Part shown: piece after piece, positions 8,448-17,307 of the stretch
How positions within the stretch are numbered: the first letter of the stretch is position 1
How the letters are laid out: every line of letters begins with the position of its first letter
Assembly (NCBI RefSeq): GCF_003086415.1
Contig: NZ_QEFP02000014.1
Span: forward strand, 3,496-35,495
Direction of reading: 5' to 3'
Origin: Candidatus Nanobsidianus stetteri
GTDB taxonomy: Archaea; Nanobdellota; Nanobdellia; Nanobdellales; Nanobdellaceae
DNA length: 32,000 nt
Translations under genes and position numbers: made by a program
The notes under the pieces: generated by a model
Seen by the model: only the letters and a program-made list of their open reading frames with translations
Told to the model about the DNA's origin: nothing
Database searches by the model: none

Positions 8448-9566
8448 CTATTTTATATCCTCAAATCTTTGAATTAGTCTATCTAATATAGGTTTTACTG
8501 TGGTTGTTAGTAAATCTTCATAAGATACCCTATGTGGTTCAAATGGACCATGTCTTCTAATATAATCTGCAATCTCCAGTGCTTTATTTCTTGTATAATC
8601 AAATGCTGGATCATCAAACATATCTTCTGGTCCATATAATTTATCTTTCTTTACTTGGAATCCCAATGCAATCACCCTTGGAGGTCCATCAAACCTTGTA
8701 GCTCTTGCATTCTTTAAACTTACAGGTAATAAAGGACCCCAATATGATCCTCTCATCCATCCATTTACCATATATGGAAATGAAAAAGCTTCCAATATTT
8801 CTCCTACTGCAGGAAATCCTTTTTGTGCTCTTACAATCATTACTGGATCATCTTTTCCAGAATATTTGCCAGCCACTTCATATAATCTTTCTGTAGAAGA
8901 AACAGCAACAGGTTCATCTTTTGGATATTTATCTGATCTGGGATATACCCTCTTTATAGCAAACCTTTCTGATGTTCCAATTAATAATAATAGATCATAA
9001 ATTTCTTCTGGAGAATTTAGATATATTCTTTTATGATTATATAAATCCCATACTTCAAATCTAAATCCAGGTCTCATATCTGGATCAATTACCAAACCTG
9101 GTGTATTAAATGGATTTGCAAACATTTGAAATAAAGGATAATTAAATGCTCCAGATTCTGTTTTATCCGCAGCAAATACAATTATTGATTCTGAATGCCT
9201 TAATGTAAATTCCATTTCTGCAACCCCAGGTCCCATTCCAATTAATGAACCAGTAAATTCATTTTTTAATAAATCACCCCCTGCACCGTATAAATTCATT
9301 TCTTTTGCAATTTCGGAATTTTTCTTAAATATTTCAAATGCAATTTGATGTATTTCTCTATTATTTTCCCCTTTATTATGTAATAATATTAAATTCAAAT
9401 CATCTCCTACATGTGATACAAAATAATCGAATATTTTTTCTCCCTTATATTTATCTAATATATCTGAAGCTGTTTCTTCAAATATTTCCGGAATATTTGA
9501 ATTTCCTACTAAACTTCCTATATCCGCTTTTAAAACACTTATTGTTATTTTTTCTGATGATGTCAT
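8448..9566 (-). CDS. fbp: Fructose-1,6-bisphosphate aldolase/phosphatase (class V FBPase)
   Basis: 372 aa. The N-terminus ITISVLKADIGSLVG, plus the length and overall pattern, are typical of the archaeal bifunctional FBP aldolase/phosphatase. Confidence 0.9.
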   Translation of the reverse strand: MTSSEKITISVLKADIGSLVGNSNIPEIFEETASDILDKYKGEKIFDYFVSHVGDDLNLILLHNKGENNREIHQIAFEIFKKNSEIAKEMNLYGAGGDLLKNEFTGSLIGMGPGVAEMEFTLRHSESIIVFAADKTESGAFNYPLFQMFANPFNTPGLVIDPDMRPGFRFEVWDLYNHKRIYLNSPEEIYDLLLLIGTSERFAIKRVYPRSDKYPKDEPVAVSSTERLYEVAGKYSGKDDPVMIVRAQKGFPAVGEILEAFSFPYMVNGWMRGSYWGPLLPVSLKNARATRFDGPPRVIALGFQVKKDKLYGPEDMFDDPAFDYTRNKALEIADYIRRHGPFEPHRVSYEDLLTTTVKPILDRLIQRFEDIK

Positions 9567-9662
9567 ATAATAATTTTTAATTTCATTTTTTATAGTATTA
9601 TTATACTACCTTTGAGTATAAAATTTTTAATGGTTAAATACCTTTCTTAAAAATATTTAATA

Positions 9663-10850
9663 ATGGCAAAGAGTTCACCACCTTACATAAAATATATGAT
9701 ACATGCGTCAGTATATATTGATGGAGTAGTTGAGAAACCTGATGTAATAGGAGCAATATTTGGACAAACAGAAGGATTGTTAGGATCAGAAATGGATCTA
9801 AGAGAATTACAGAGATCTGGAAAAGTTGGAAGAATAGATGTGGATCTTAAAGTAGAAAATGATAAAACAATTGGGGAAATTAGGATACCAACAAGTTTGA
9901 ATAGATTTGAAACTTCATTAATAGCTGCAACATTGGAAACTGTAACTAGAATTGGACCAACACATGCAACAATAAAAGTACAAAAGATAGAAGATATAAG
10001 AAAAACAAAGGTACAGCAAATATTAGAAAGAGCTAGAGAATTATTGACAAAATTAATAAATGAGGAATTACCAGATCCAAAAGAGTTACTATTATATTTA
10101 GAATATTCATATAATATGAAATCATTAATTGAATATGGACCAGAAAAATTGCCTGCGGGGCCGGATGTAGATAAATCTGAAGAAATAATATTAGTAGAGG
10201 GAAGGGCTGATGTTCTAAATTTATTAAGATATGGAATTACAAATGTAATAGCATTAAATGGATTAAATGTACCAAAAACAGTAATTGATTTATCAAAGAA
10301 AAAAATAATAACAACATTCTTTGATGGTGATAGAGGTGGGGATTTATTGGTAAAAGAATGTATGTTAAGTGGTGTTGATATTGATTTTGTAGCAAAACCT
10401 GAACCTGGAAGAGAAGTTGAAGAATTATCTGGAAAAGAAATATTAAAAGCATTAAAGAATAAAATATCATTTGATCAGATTAGAGCATATTATGAAAAAT
10501 TGGAAGGAACTACTGAAGATATAAAAAATATTAGAAGCGAAAAGAAAATAAAGGATCCAATATTACAAAAATTAAAATCATATATGAATGATATATTTAA
10601 AACAGATCAAGCTTTATTATTGGATGAAAACTTTAATATATTAAATAAAGTACCTGTAGAAAAATTGGGAGAAATAATATTGAAACATAATAATGTAGCA
10701 TATTTAGTAATGGATGGAATATTAACAAGGGAATTATTGGAATTAATAGAAAAGAGTACAAACATAAAATATGTTGTATGTATAGATAGTATACAAAAGA
10801 GTAGTAATAAGGTAAAGATATATACAATAAGCGATCTTGATAAAGTCTAA
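9663..10850 (+). CDS. dnaG: Archaeal DnaG primase (TOPRIM)
   Basis: YIKYMIHASVYIDGVVEKPDVIGAIFGQTEGLLG..DLRELQRSGKVGRIDV is the conserved archaeal DnaG N-terminus. TOPRIM motifs are present (ILVEGRADV, FFDGDRGGD). Confidence 0.9.
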   Translation: MAKSSPPYIKYMIHASVYIDGVVEKPDVIGAIFGQTEGLLGSEMDLRELQRSGKVGRIDVDLKVENDKTIGEIRIPTSLNRFETSLIAATLETVTRIGPTHATIKVQKIEDIRKTKVQQILERARELLTKLINEELPDPKELLLYLEYSYNMKSLIEYGPEKLPAGPDVDKSEEIILVEGRADVLNLLRYGITNVIALNGLNVPKTVIDLSKKKIITTFFDGDRGGDLLVKECMLSGVDIDFVAKPEPGREVEELSGKEILKALKNKISFDQIRAYYEKLEGTTEDIKNIRSEKKIKDPILQKLKSYMNDIFKTDQALLLDENFNILNKVPVEKLGEIILKHNNVAYLVMDGILTRELLELIEKSTNIKYVVCIDSIQKSSNKVKIYTISDLDKV

Positions 10851-11320
10851 CTTTTTTCTACTTGATAATTTATTATTCCACTAACAGAATTATTTCCTAC
10901 AGATGAATAATATAATGTTAAATATAAAATTCCACCGAGTTTTTCCCATTGGACAATTGTTAATCTTGTCTGATCATCCAATTCAAAATTATATTGCAAT
11001 GTAATATGATTTTCTGGTTGTATTATATATATATTCTGTAAAAAATTTCCTGAAGTTATTATTGATGATGTTTGATATGAATTTTTTAACCCTAAATATG
11101 AGAAATATATTTCTACAGAATAGTTATTTGGGTTATTTACATTAAAGGAAAAATAATTTCCATTTACGCTAAAATTTGATATATATAAATTATATATATT
11201 TTCAGGATTTACCATTTTATTTCCAACAAAATATGTTGAATATGAATAATATATTATGTAAATTACTGGTATGGAAAATGCTAGAAATAATATATTTAAT
11301 ATTATCTTTTCTCTATCCAT
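10847..11320 (-). CDS. N-terminally membrane-anchored hypothetical protein
   Basis: 157 aa. MDREKIILNILFLAFSIPVIYIIYY forms the helix, followed by an Asn/Tyr/Ser-rich domain that looks beta-rich. No Cys. Composition is like the surface island. Confidence 0.6.
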   Translation of the reverse strand: MDREKIILNILFLAFSIPVIYIIYYSYSTYFVGNKMVNPENIYNLYISNFSVNGNYFSFNVNNPNNYSVEIYFSYLGLKNSYQTSSIITSGNFLQNIYIIQPENHITLQYNFELDDQTRLTIVQWEKLGGILYLTLYYSSVGNNSVSGIINYQVEKS

Positions 11321-11325
11321 AATAT

Positions 11326-11922
11326 ATGGATGAATTTAATAAATTAAAAATATATCATATGAAAAAACTTGAGGAAGCTAAGGAAAAATATTTAGCAGAT
11401 CAACCTATATATTATATTCTAGATCTTATTAATTCATTAGATTTCTTTTTTACAACATCTTCATGTGCAGGTAGGATAATTTTATTAAAAATACCAAAAA
11501 GTGGGAAAAAATTTGAGGCCGAATTTCTATTTAAATCCCATTATTATGTAAATTTTTATTATATATGGAATAAATTATTAGAAGTATATAAAAATTATGA
11601 TGAGAAAATATACTTTAAACAAGAACCATTTATTTTGCATGTATCTTCAAAAAATATAGAAAGGGCATATGAACTATTAAATATTGCAAGAAAATCCGGA
11701 TTCAAACATTCTGGAATATTTTTGATAAATGATAAAAGGGTAATGGTTGAAATTGTTGGAAATGAAAAAATTGAAACAATTGTATCAAAAAATAGAAAAT
11801 TATTGGTAGATAAAGAATATTTTTATAATTTAGTAAAAGAGGCAAATGAGAAGTTAAAGAATGTAAGAAAAAGAATAAATATATTTTATAAAAATCTTCT
11901 ATCCTATTATATAACAAAATGA
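11326..11922 (+). CDS. taw3: tRNA wyosine-derivative methyltransferase Taw3 (TYW3 family)
   Basis: FFFTTSSCAGRIILL matches the TYW3 signature SSC(S/A)GRI, and the length of about 200 aa is typical of archaeal Taw3. Confidence 0.7.
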   Translation: MDEFNKLKIYHMKKLEEAKEKYLADQPIYYILDLINSLDFFFTTSSCAGRIILLKIPKSGKKFEAEFLFKSHYYVNFYYIWNKLLEVYKNYDEKIYFKQEPFILHVSSKNIERAYELLNIARKSGFKHSGIFLINDKRVMVEIVGNEKIETIVSKNRKLLVDKEYFYNLVKEANEKLKNVRKRINIFYKNLLSYYITK

Positions 11923-13392
11923 ATTATCACAATAATTATTCATTGTTTCATTATTTATTCCTACAAATTCATATAAATAATAATTGTATGTAAATTGATT
12001 ATTTATATTTAATTCTGAAACATTACATGTAGCATTAAAGTAATAATTTCCATTATTATTATAACATTCAGATATGGTTGTACATAAATTTGATAAATAA
12101 CTTTCCAATGAATTTTGTGAATTTGAACAGTCAGAAGAATTTTTGTACGGACCAAATTGCAATGTTTCATTATTTATAGAGCAACTTACATTATTATAAT
12201 TTATCTGAATATCTACAGGTATTAAAGCTGGATAATATCCATCAGTATAATATGCATAATTTTCTAAAATATTTTCTACAAAACTTGTACTAACTTCTAC
12301 ATTTTTTTCATTAATAATATTTACACCAGTTATATTATACCAATATCCATTGAATATGTTGATTTTATTCAATACTTGATAATTTAACTTTGATAAAATG
12401 GCACTTACATTATTTAAACATTCCTTCATATATTCACTATATATACTATTTACTATACATTGATTATTTACAATCTGCCCAATTGATTCACATGGTATTA
12501 CGATTGTTACATTTGTAATATTTGGATCTTCTACTGGCAAAAGTTGAGATGTATATAGATCTAAAACATAATAATACGGATTATTGAATGAAAAATTTAA
12601 ATATAAATTATCTCCGATTGTTTCTTCAGAATATGCACTTTGATATAAATCTATATAATTTGATTGATTTATTAAATTGTTATATATAAATTGAAATGTT
12701 TGATTATATAAATAATCTATTAATTCATTATAATATAATAAAAAGGGATATATTGAATAACCTATTTGATTATTTAATTCAGGGAAAGTTAAACTTCTTT
12801 CATATTTATTTAATACAAAGAAATAATATTGTGGATTTGATAATACAAAATTATTAGAACCATCATAATAGAAATCCTGATATGAAAAATTTGCATGTTT
12901 AAAATTTAAATTTCCATTTAAATATCCGATTTCATTGTTTAAATCTTGACTTACAATGTTTTTAATACTAAAAAATATATTTTCAATATTTTGATAGTTG
13001 TTTACATTATTTAAAGGAATTACTGGGACACATAATGAATAAATTATGTTATAATTATTTCCATTATCTTCTATATTGGTTAGATTAAATAAAAAAGGAA
13101 CTTCACATTGAGAATAATAATTTGGAATATTATTTCCAAATATATAATTTATATTATATGTAGATCCTTTAAAAATATTTGTAAAAAGATTATTTAATAA
13201 ATTATATCTAATATCAAATGGTATATAAACAAATAATATATATAAAAATCCCTGATATGCAATATAATCTTCACTTAAATATTTTAAAGATTGAGTTGCA
13301 ATTTGAATCTGGGAATTTAAATAAAATATACCAAAGAGAACTAAAATTATTACTCCTAAGAATAATGCTACTGGTGCTAAAGATGTTTTCAT
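11899..13392 (-). CDS. Surface-island protein (497 aa), N-terminal anchor or pilin-like helix, 12 Cys
   Basis: MKTSLAPVALFLGVIILVLFGIFYL is followed by an Asn/Tyr-rich ectodomain with many N-x-S/T sequons and 12 Cys (hand count). It is the last gene of the minus-strand operon, and its 3' end overlaps the taw3 3' end by 24 nt. Confidence 0.75.
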   Translation of the reverse strand: MKTSLAPVALFLGVIILVLFGIFYLNSQIQIATQSLKYLSEDYIAYQGFLYILFVYIPFDIRYNLLNNLFTNIFKGSTYNINYIFGNNIPNYYSQCEVPFLFNLTNIEDNGNNYNIIYSLCVPVIPLNNVNNYQNIENIFFSIKNIVSQDLNNEIGYLNGNLNFKHANFSYQDFYYDGSNNFVLSNPQYYFFVLNKYERSLTFPELNNQIGYSIYPFLLYYNELIDYLYNQTFQFIYNNLINQSNYIDLYQSAYSEETIGDNLYLNFSFNNPYYYVLDLYTSQLLPVEDPNITNVTIVIPCESIGQIVNNQCIVNSIYSEYMKECLNNVSAILSKLNYQVLNKINIFNGYWYNITGVNIINEKNVEVSTSFVENILENYAYYTDGYYPALIPVDIQINYNNVSCSINNETLQFGPYKNSSDCSNSQNSLESYLSNLCTTISECYNNNGNYYFNATCNVSELNINNQFTYNYYLYEFVGINNETMNNYCDNSFCYIIG

Positions 13393-13423
13393 ATAAATTC
13401 AATAAATTTTAAAATTATTAACT

Positions 13424-13903
13424 TTAAGTTGAATAACCACTAGTATAATTTACATAAAAGTTATATAATACTGTTGGTGGACAAACATAGAATGTATATG
13501 ATTCACCATTTAAATAAACATAATAATTTATATATTCTTTATTTGGACATGCACCAATGATTGTATTATTATTAAAATAGAATGATAAAATTGTAGCGGA
13601 ATCATTTAAATAATATAACTCTTCATTTGCCAATTCATTTATTATATAATTATCCAATGCTGTATTATTATAAAATCCTGCGTATATATCTATTACAGGT
13701 ACAGTTACATTATCAAAATAAATTAAAGAATCTAAAAAACCATTTGCAGATTTATATTCAATACCAACAGCATTTAAACCTGCAATATTATTTAGTGTTG
13801 GATTTCCATAGGAAAATATATTAAAGATAAATATAAATAGTAGAACTATAACAATAATTACTGCAGCAATAAATGATAAAAAGAATCCAATTTGTATTTT
13901 CAT
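13424..13903 (-). CDS. Surface-island protein (159 aa), N-terminal anchor or pilin-like helix, 2 Cys
   Basis: Begins MKIQIGFFLSFIAAVIIVIVLLFIFIF. Its start overlaps the upstream stop as ATGA (13900-13903). Confidence 0.75.
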   Translation of the reverse strand: MKIQIGFFLSFIAAVIIVIVLLFIFIFNIFSYGNPTLNNIAGLNAVGIEYKSANGFLDSLIYFDNVTVPVIDIYAGFYNNTALDNYIINELANEELYYLNDSATILSFYFNNNTIIGACPNKEYINYYVYLNGESYTFYVCPPTVLYNFYVNYTSGYST

Positions 13904-14748
13904 TGTATTTGAGTAATTTTACATGAAGATATATTTATTTGGCCTCCAGCAATTATATTACATGTTTCATTATATATTCCATTCATATAAAGATTTCCTA
14001 CACCGTATAAAGATACTATTACTGGTTCTCCACTATCATATTCTGGTAAAGTAATATAATATGATGCTATTGGTTGAATATATACTTCAGTATAATATAC
14101 AGTTCCATAAGTTGCAGTAGAATTGAGTATTTCAGTATTATTTATAAATTGATAGTTTTGATACATATATTCTGTCTCATTATATATATATAAACTATAA
14201 TTATAGAAATAATTGATTAAAAATTGGTTTAAAGATGGTAGATTTTCGTATGTGTAATCTACATTATAAATATTATATGCAACATAATATGGATTAACAT
14301 TTATATCATTTTCAAAACTAAGGTTATATGGATCATATGAATATGAATTACTTATATTGTTAATATCATAGAAAAAGAAGTATATATAATCGTCATAAGA
14401 GAAATTTAAATATGTATATATAACTTCATTTGATTGATTTGATTCATTAGTAAAATAATCTAATGTTCCTGAGATATTCATAAAGCATTGTTGATATACA
14501 TTATTATATTCATTGATAATATTTGGATTGGGAGCATAAAATAATAATAATGGATTTCCTGTATCTTCATATAAACAATAATTTAATCTATCAATTAATA
14601 AACTATTTGTAAATTGCTGATATGTATATTCAGAATACGATTCAATATTAAATAATGCATATAATATTGCTACAATAAAAAATGCGAATATTATAACAAC
14701 CGCAGCAGCAATATATTCAATTATATCTTTTAAAGATAATGATCTCAT
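13900..14748 (-). CDS. Surface-island protein (282 aa), pilin-like N-terminus, 4 Cys, 12 N-x-S/T sequons
   Basis: MRSLSLKDIIEYIAAAVVIIFAFFIV resembles the archaeal class III signal pattern (basic residue, small residue, then x-S-L-x-acidic, then a hydrophobic helix). ATGA overlaps at both ends. Confidence 0.75.
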   Translation of the reverse strand: MRSLSLKDIIEYIAAAVVIIFAFFIVAILYALFNIESYSEYTYQQFTNSLLIDRLNYCLYEDTGNPLLLFYAPNPNIINEYNNVYQQCFMNISGTLDYFTNESNQSNEVIYTYLNFSYDDYIYFFFYDINNISNSYSYDPYNLSFENDINVNPYYVAYNIYNVDYTYENLPSLNQFLINYFYNYSLYIYNETEYMYQNYQFINNTEILNSTATYGTVYYTEVYIQPIASYYITLPEYDSGEPVIVSLYGVGNLYMNGIYNETCNIIAGGQINISSCKITQIQ

Positions 14749-15857
14749 GATGTAGAAGATAATACTGATACATTTAAATATGGTTGGCCTCCAGATTGTA
14801 CACCCACCTTTGATAAAATAATAAACTCTGGAAATACTTGATTACCATTATTATCTACATTTCCTAAATCTAGTTTGAATATATTATCCTGTGAATTATC
14901 TTGTGAATTATAAATGTATGTAAAACTTGTATCACATAAATAATTATTACTACATCCATTATAAAATGTAAACTCGGGATTATAATATATTGACAATGTT
15001 AAATATGGTTGATATACTGTATATTTTCCATTTGGAATTGACAAAAAGAGCCAATTAGTGCTTTGTTGTATAAATTGATTATAATAGCAACTTGCATATG
15101 GACTCGATGTAGCTTGCCAATATTGATATAAGGTAATTGATGCAGTAAATGCTAAATTAAATGCAAAACCAGCTACAAAATCAGCTGGAGGTGGTAAAAC
15201 TTCATCTAATATCATATCTCCAACCTGCATTATAGTAAATTCTGCAGTAGACCACAAGGTAGGTCCCACAGAAGATTGTAATGCATTAAATATATCTCCC
15301 CATATGTTATAGTTTCCGGATGCATATTGTAAAAGTGTAGATTGATATGTATATAATCCATATGTACCAGCAGCAGCTATTGCTGTTTGTTTTGCAATTT
15401 GAGATGAAGATCCAAATACTTTATTTAAAGCATTTAGTAAAGATGTTGTTTTACCACCATACTTTAATCCTGGCAGATATGAAAATACTTCAGCCATAAA
15501 AGAATTTAATGCATCATCTGCAAGTTGTTGCCATAGATCATTTACATAACATTCTCCAATACTAACTAAAAAATCATTATTATTATATAAAGGAATAAAT
15601 AGGGCGGATGATTGTATTGGAGGAATTATCCTAAATTCATAGAAAAATACTGGAGCATTTGTTACAAAAAATGCTGCTGTCATATTCCCAGGTTCTGATG
15701 TTGAATATGTAATAAAACCAGCAACTTCCAATATTAAATAAGGATTATGTGTACCAAATATTCTTGCAATAATATATGGAAAATATATTCCTATTAGTGA
15801 TACAATTATTAAAAATATTGATGCTATTATTGCATCTAATAATTCATCAACATCCAT
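14745..15857 (-). CDS. Surface-island protein (370 aa) with an N-terminal helix and internal Ala/Gly/Thr-rich hydrophobic segments, 4 Cys
   Basis: The N-terminal helix is MDVDELLDAIIASIFLIIVSLIGIYF. Internal segments include QTAIAAAGTYGLY and ADFVAGFAFNLAFTASITLYQYW. One nt separates it from the upstream stop. Confidence 0.75.
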   Translation of the reverse strand: MDVDELLDAIIASIFLIIVSLIGIYFPYIIARIFGTHNPYLILEVAGFITYSTSEPGNMTAAFFVTNAPVFFYEFRIIPPIQSSALFIPLYNNNDFLVSIGECYVNDLWQQLADDALNSFMAEVFSYLPGLKYGGKTTSLLNALNKVFGSSSQIAKQTAIAAAGTYGLYTYQSTLLQYASGNYNIWGDIFNALQSSVGPTLWSTAEFTIMQVGDMILDEVLPPPADFVAGFAFNLAFTASITLYQYWQATSSPYASCYYNQFIQQSTNWLFLSIPNGKYTVYQPYLTLSIYYNPEFTFYNGCSNNYLCDTSFTYIYNSQDNSQDNIFKLDLGNVDNNGNQVFPEFIILSKVGVQSGGQPYLNVSVLSSTS

Positions 15858-15858
15858 A

Positions 15859-16800
15859 TTATGTAGAAACAGTTTCTCCTATGTATATATTAATATTTGC
15901 TGTATTTCCGTTACTATTTACCTCTATATCCATTACTGTTGGTGGTAAAGAACCTGCAAAATATAATAATGGAAAGTTTATTTGGAAGTATTGGATAATA
16001 TAAGTAAATGTTTCAGAACTTACAATTTCACCTTCAAGATTACTAAGCTGTATTTGAGGATTCTCTGGAAATCCTGACAATTCTACACATACTGATGGAT
16101 TATATGGCAAATTATTGTTATTTGAATTTATATTTGAACTTGGAGCACAAGATATAGAGCCACTTTCTTGATATGTATTACCATTTTCATCAATTGTTGA
16201 TGTAAATGTGCATCCATTATCATTACATGTTATTGTTGTATCATTTACTATAGTAAGAAAGAATGAAGAGGATTCTGGAAAGAAATAATCTATTATATTT
16301 ACAAAAATTTGGAGACCACCTAAGTTCTTATTATTAGTAGAATATGCTAATAAACCAGCATTATCATTTAATCCTTGTATGTTTATATTTATTTGATTTA
16401 TATTACTATTTAAGGATATTTGTTTTACTAATTTACAAAATACTAATGCTGGTGCAAATATAATAGTATTTCCATTATCTGTCGTAGAAACATTCCAATA
16501 TACTACTTTAACGGATAAGAGACCTACAACCTGATTTGGAGGAAAACAATGATATAATTGCAAATACCATCCATTATTGTTTGTCAATACAAAAACATAA
16601 TTATAGTCATAATTATTTATAAATACTTCTCCATTACCTCCATTATTTATATCATTAGCAATTGAATTTAAATATCCAATATATTTTGCATCATTTCCCA
16701 TAGCAACTCCAATAAATGTCACAATAATAAAGTATATTAAAACTACCAATACAATTAATACTATTATATCAAAAATTATTCTAAGAAAATCTCCTCTCAT
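15859..16800 (-). CDS. Surface-island protein (313 aa), pilin-like N-terminus, 6 Cys
   Basis: MRGDFLRIIFDIIVLIVLVVLIYFIIVTF is followed by an Asn-rich ectodomain. Its ATG at 16800 lies 1 nt after the stop (16802-16804) of the upstream micro-ORF. Confidence 0.75.
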   Translation of the reverse strand: MRGDFLRIIFDIIVLIVLVVLIYFIIVTFIGVAMGNDAKYIGYLNSIANDINNGGNGEVFINNYDYNYVFVLTNNNGWYLQLYHCFPPNQVVGLLSVKVVYWNVSTTDNGNTIIFAPALVFCKLVKQISLNSNINQININIQGLNDNAGLLAYSTNNKNLGGLQIFVNIIDYFFPESSSFFLTIVNDTTITCNDNGCTFTSTIDENGNTYQESGSISCAPSSNINSNNNNLPYNPSVCVELSGFPENPQIQLSNLEGEIVSSETFTYIIQYFQINFPLLYFAGSLPPTVMDIEVNSNGNTANINIYIGETVST

Positions 16801-16801
16801 A

Positions 16802-16963
16802 TTATCCTAATCCAGATTGATTTAATATTTTATATCCTACGCTTGTTACATTTGTCTGTATGGAGTTACTTGCTATGTAATAATAAAATATTATAGCTAA
16901 AATAATTATTACTATTGCAATAATTAAAAATATTAAAAAGTTTATTGAATTATCAGCCTCCAT
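16802..16963 (-). CDS. Micro-ORF, 53 aa mini pilin-like protein (not in the ORF track)
   Basis: Hand translation gives MEADNSINFLIFLIIAIVIIILAIIFYYYIASNSIQTNVTSVGYKILNQSGLG. Its ATG lies inside the end of the upstream gene (ATGGAGGCTGA, 11-nt overlap). It shares the S-I-N-F plus helix motif with the 30757 and 30446 ORFs. Confidence 0.6.
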   Translation of the reverse strand: MEADNSINFLIFLIIAIVIIILAIIFYYYIASNSIQTNVTSVGYKILNQSGLG

Positions 16964-17138
16964 AGTTGTTATTATTTATACTATTTACAACATTTGTGCC
17001 ATTTGTTTGCGGTATACTATTAAATAAATTTGCTCCACCTTTAAAATAAAAGTACATAAATATTGCTAATAATACTAGAGCAACTATAAATAATATTATT
17101 GCTACTAAAAATGTATTTACTTGTGTTTTTTTATCCAT
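16953..17138 (-). CDS. Mini pilin-like protein, 61 aa
   Basis: MDKKTQVNTFLVAIILFIVALVLLAIFMYFYF is followed by an Asn/Gly/Ser tail. It overlaps both neighbouring micro-ORFs. Confidence 0.65.
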   Translation of the reverse strand: MDKKTQVNTFLVAIILFIVALVLLAIFMYFYFKGGANLFNSIPQTNGTNVVNSINNNNYGG

Positions 17139-17277
17139 TTCCCCCTATTAATTGATATTGAGCAAATATATTTATATTTAGCCCTAATTTTGGTCCCAAT
17201 ATAACAAAAACAAATATTAATATTAATACAGTAAATATCAATGCAAGAATTATCTTTAGAAGTTCTCCAGTTTCCAT
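17131..17277 (-). CDS. Micro-ORF, 48 aa single-helix membrane or pilin-like protein (not in the ORF track)
   Basis: Hand translation gives METGELLKIILALIFTVLILIFVFVILGPKLGLNINIFAQYQLIGGNG. Its stop overlaps the next gene's start (AATGGATAA). Confidence 0.5.
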   Translation of the reverse strand: METGELLKIILALIFTVLILIFVFVILGPKLGLNINIFAQYQLIGGNG

Positions 17278-17307
17278 TATAAATCTAAAAACTTTGCAAT
17301 TTATAAA

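Noticed and set aside
8705-9580. Track ORFs 8705-8896 and 9338-9580 on the plus strand
   Set aside because: They are antisense to the conserved fbp gene, with junk-like hydrophobic composition.
9560-9662. A C/D box sRNA in intergenic spacers; the example is the CTGATGA at the fbp start, and the other spacers were also scanned
   Set aside because: Searching by eye for RUGAUGA ... CUGA pairs 40-70 nt apart in the spacers gave no convincing C/D/C'/D' set. The TGATGA strings I found lie in coding sequence. A proper covariance or snoscan-type search is needed, so absence is not established.
10237-10827. Track ORFs 10237-10470 and 10633-10827 on the minus strand
   Set aside because: They are antisense to dnaG, with low-complexity Leu/Phe/Ile/His translations.
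11702-11917. Track ORF 11702-11917 on the minus strand
   Set aside because: It is antisense within taw3 and has no features of a real protein.
13218-13824. Track ORFs 13218-13412 and 13627-13824 on the plus strand
   Set aside because: They are antisense to island genes that have coherent leader-helix-ectodomain architecture and translational coupling.
15776-16003. Track ORF 15776-16003 on the plus strand
   Set aside because: It spans the junction of two coupled minus-strand genes and is an antisense artefact.
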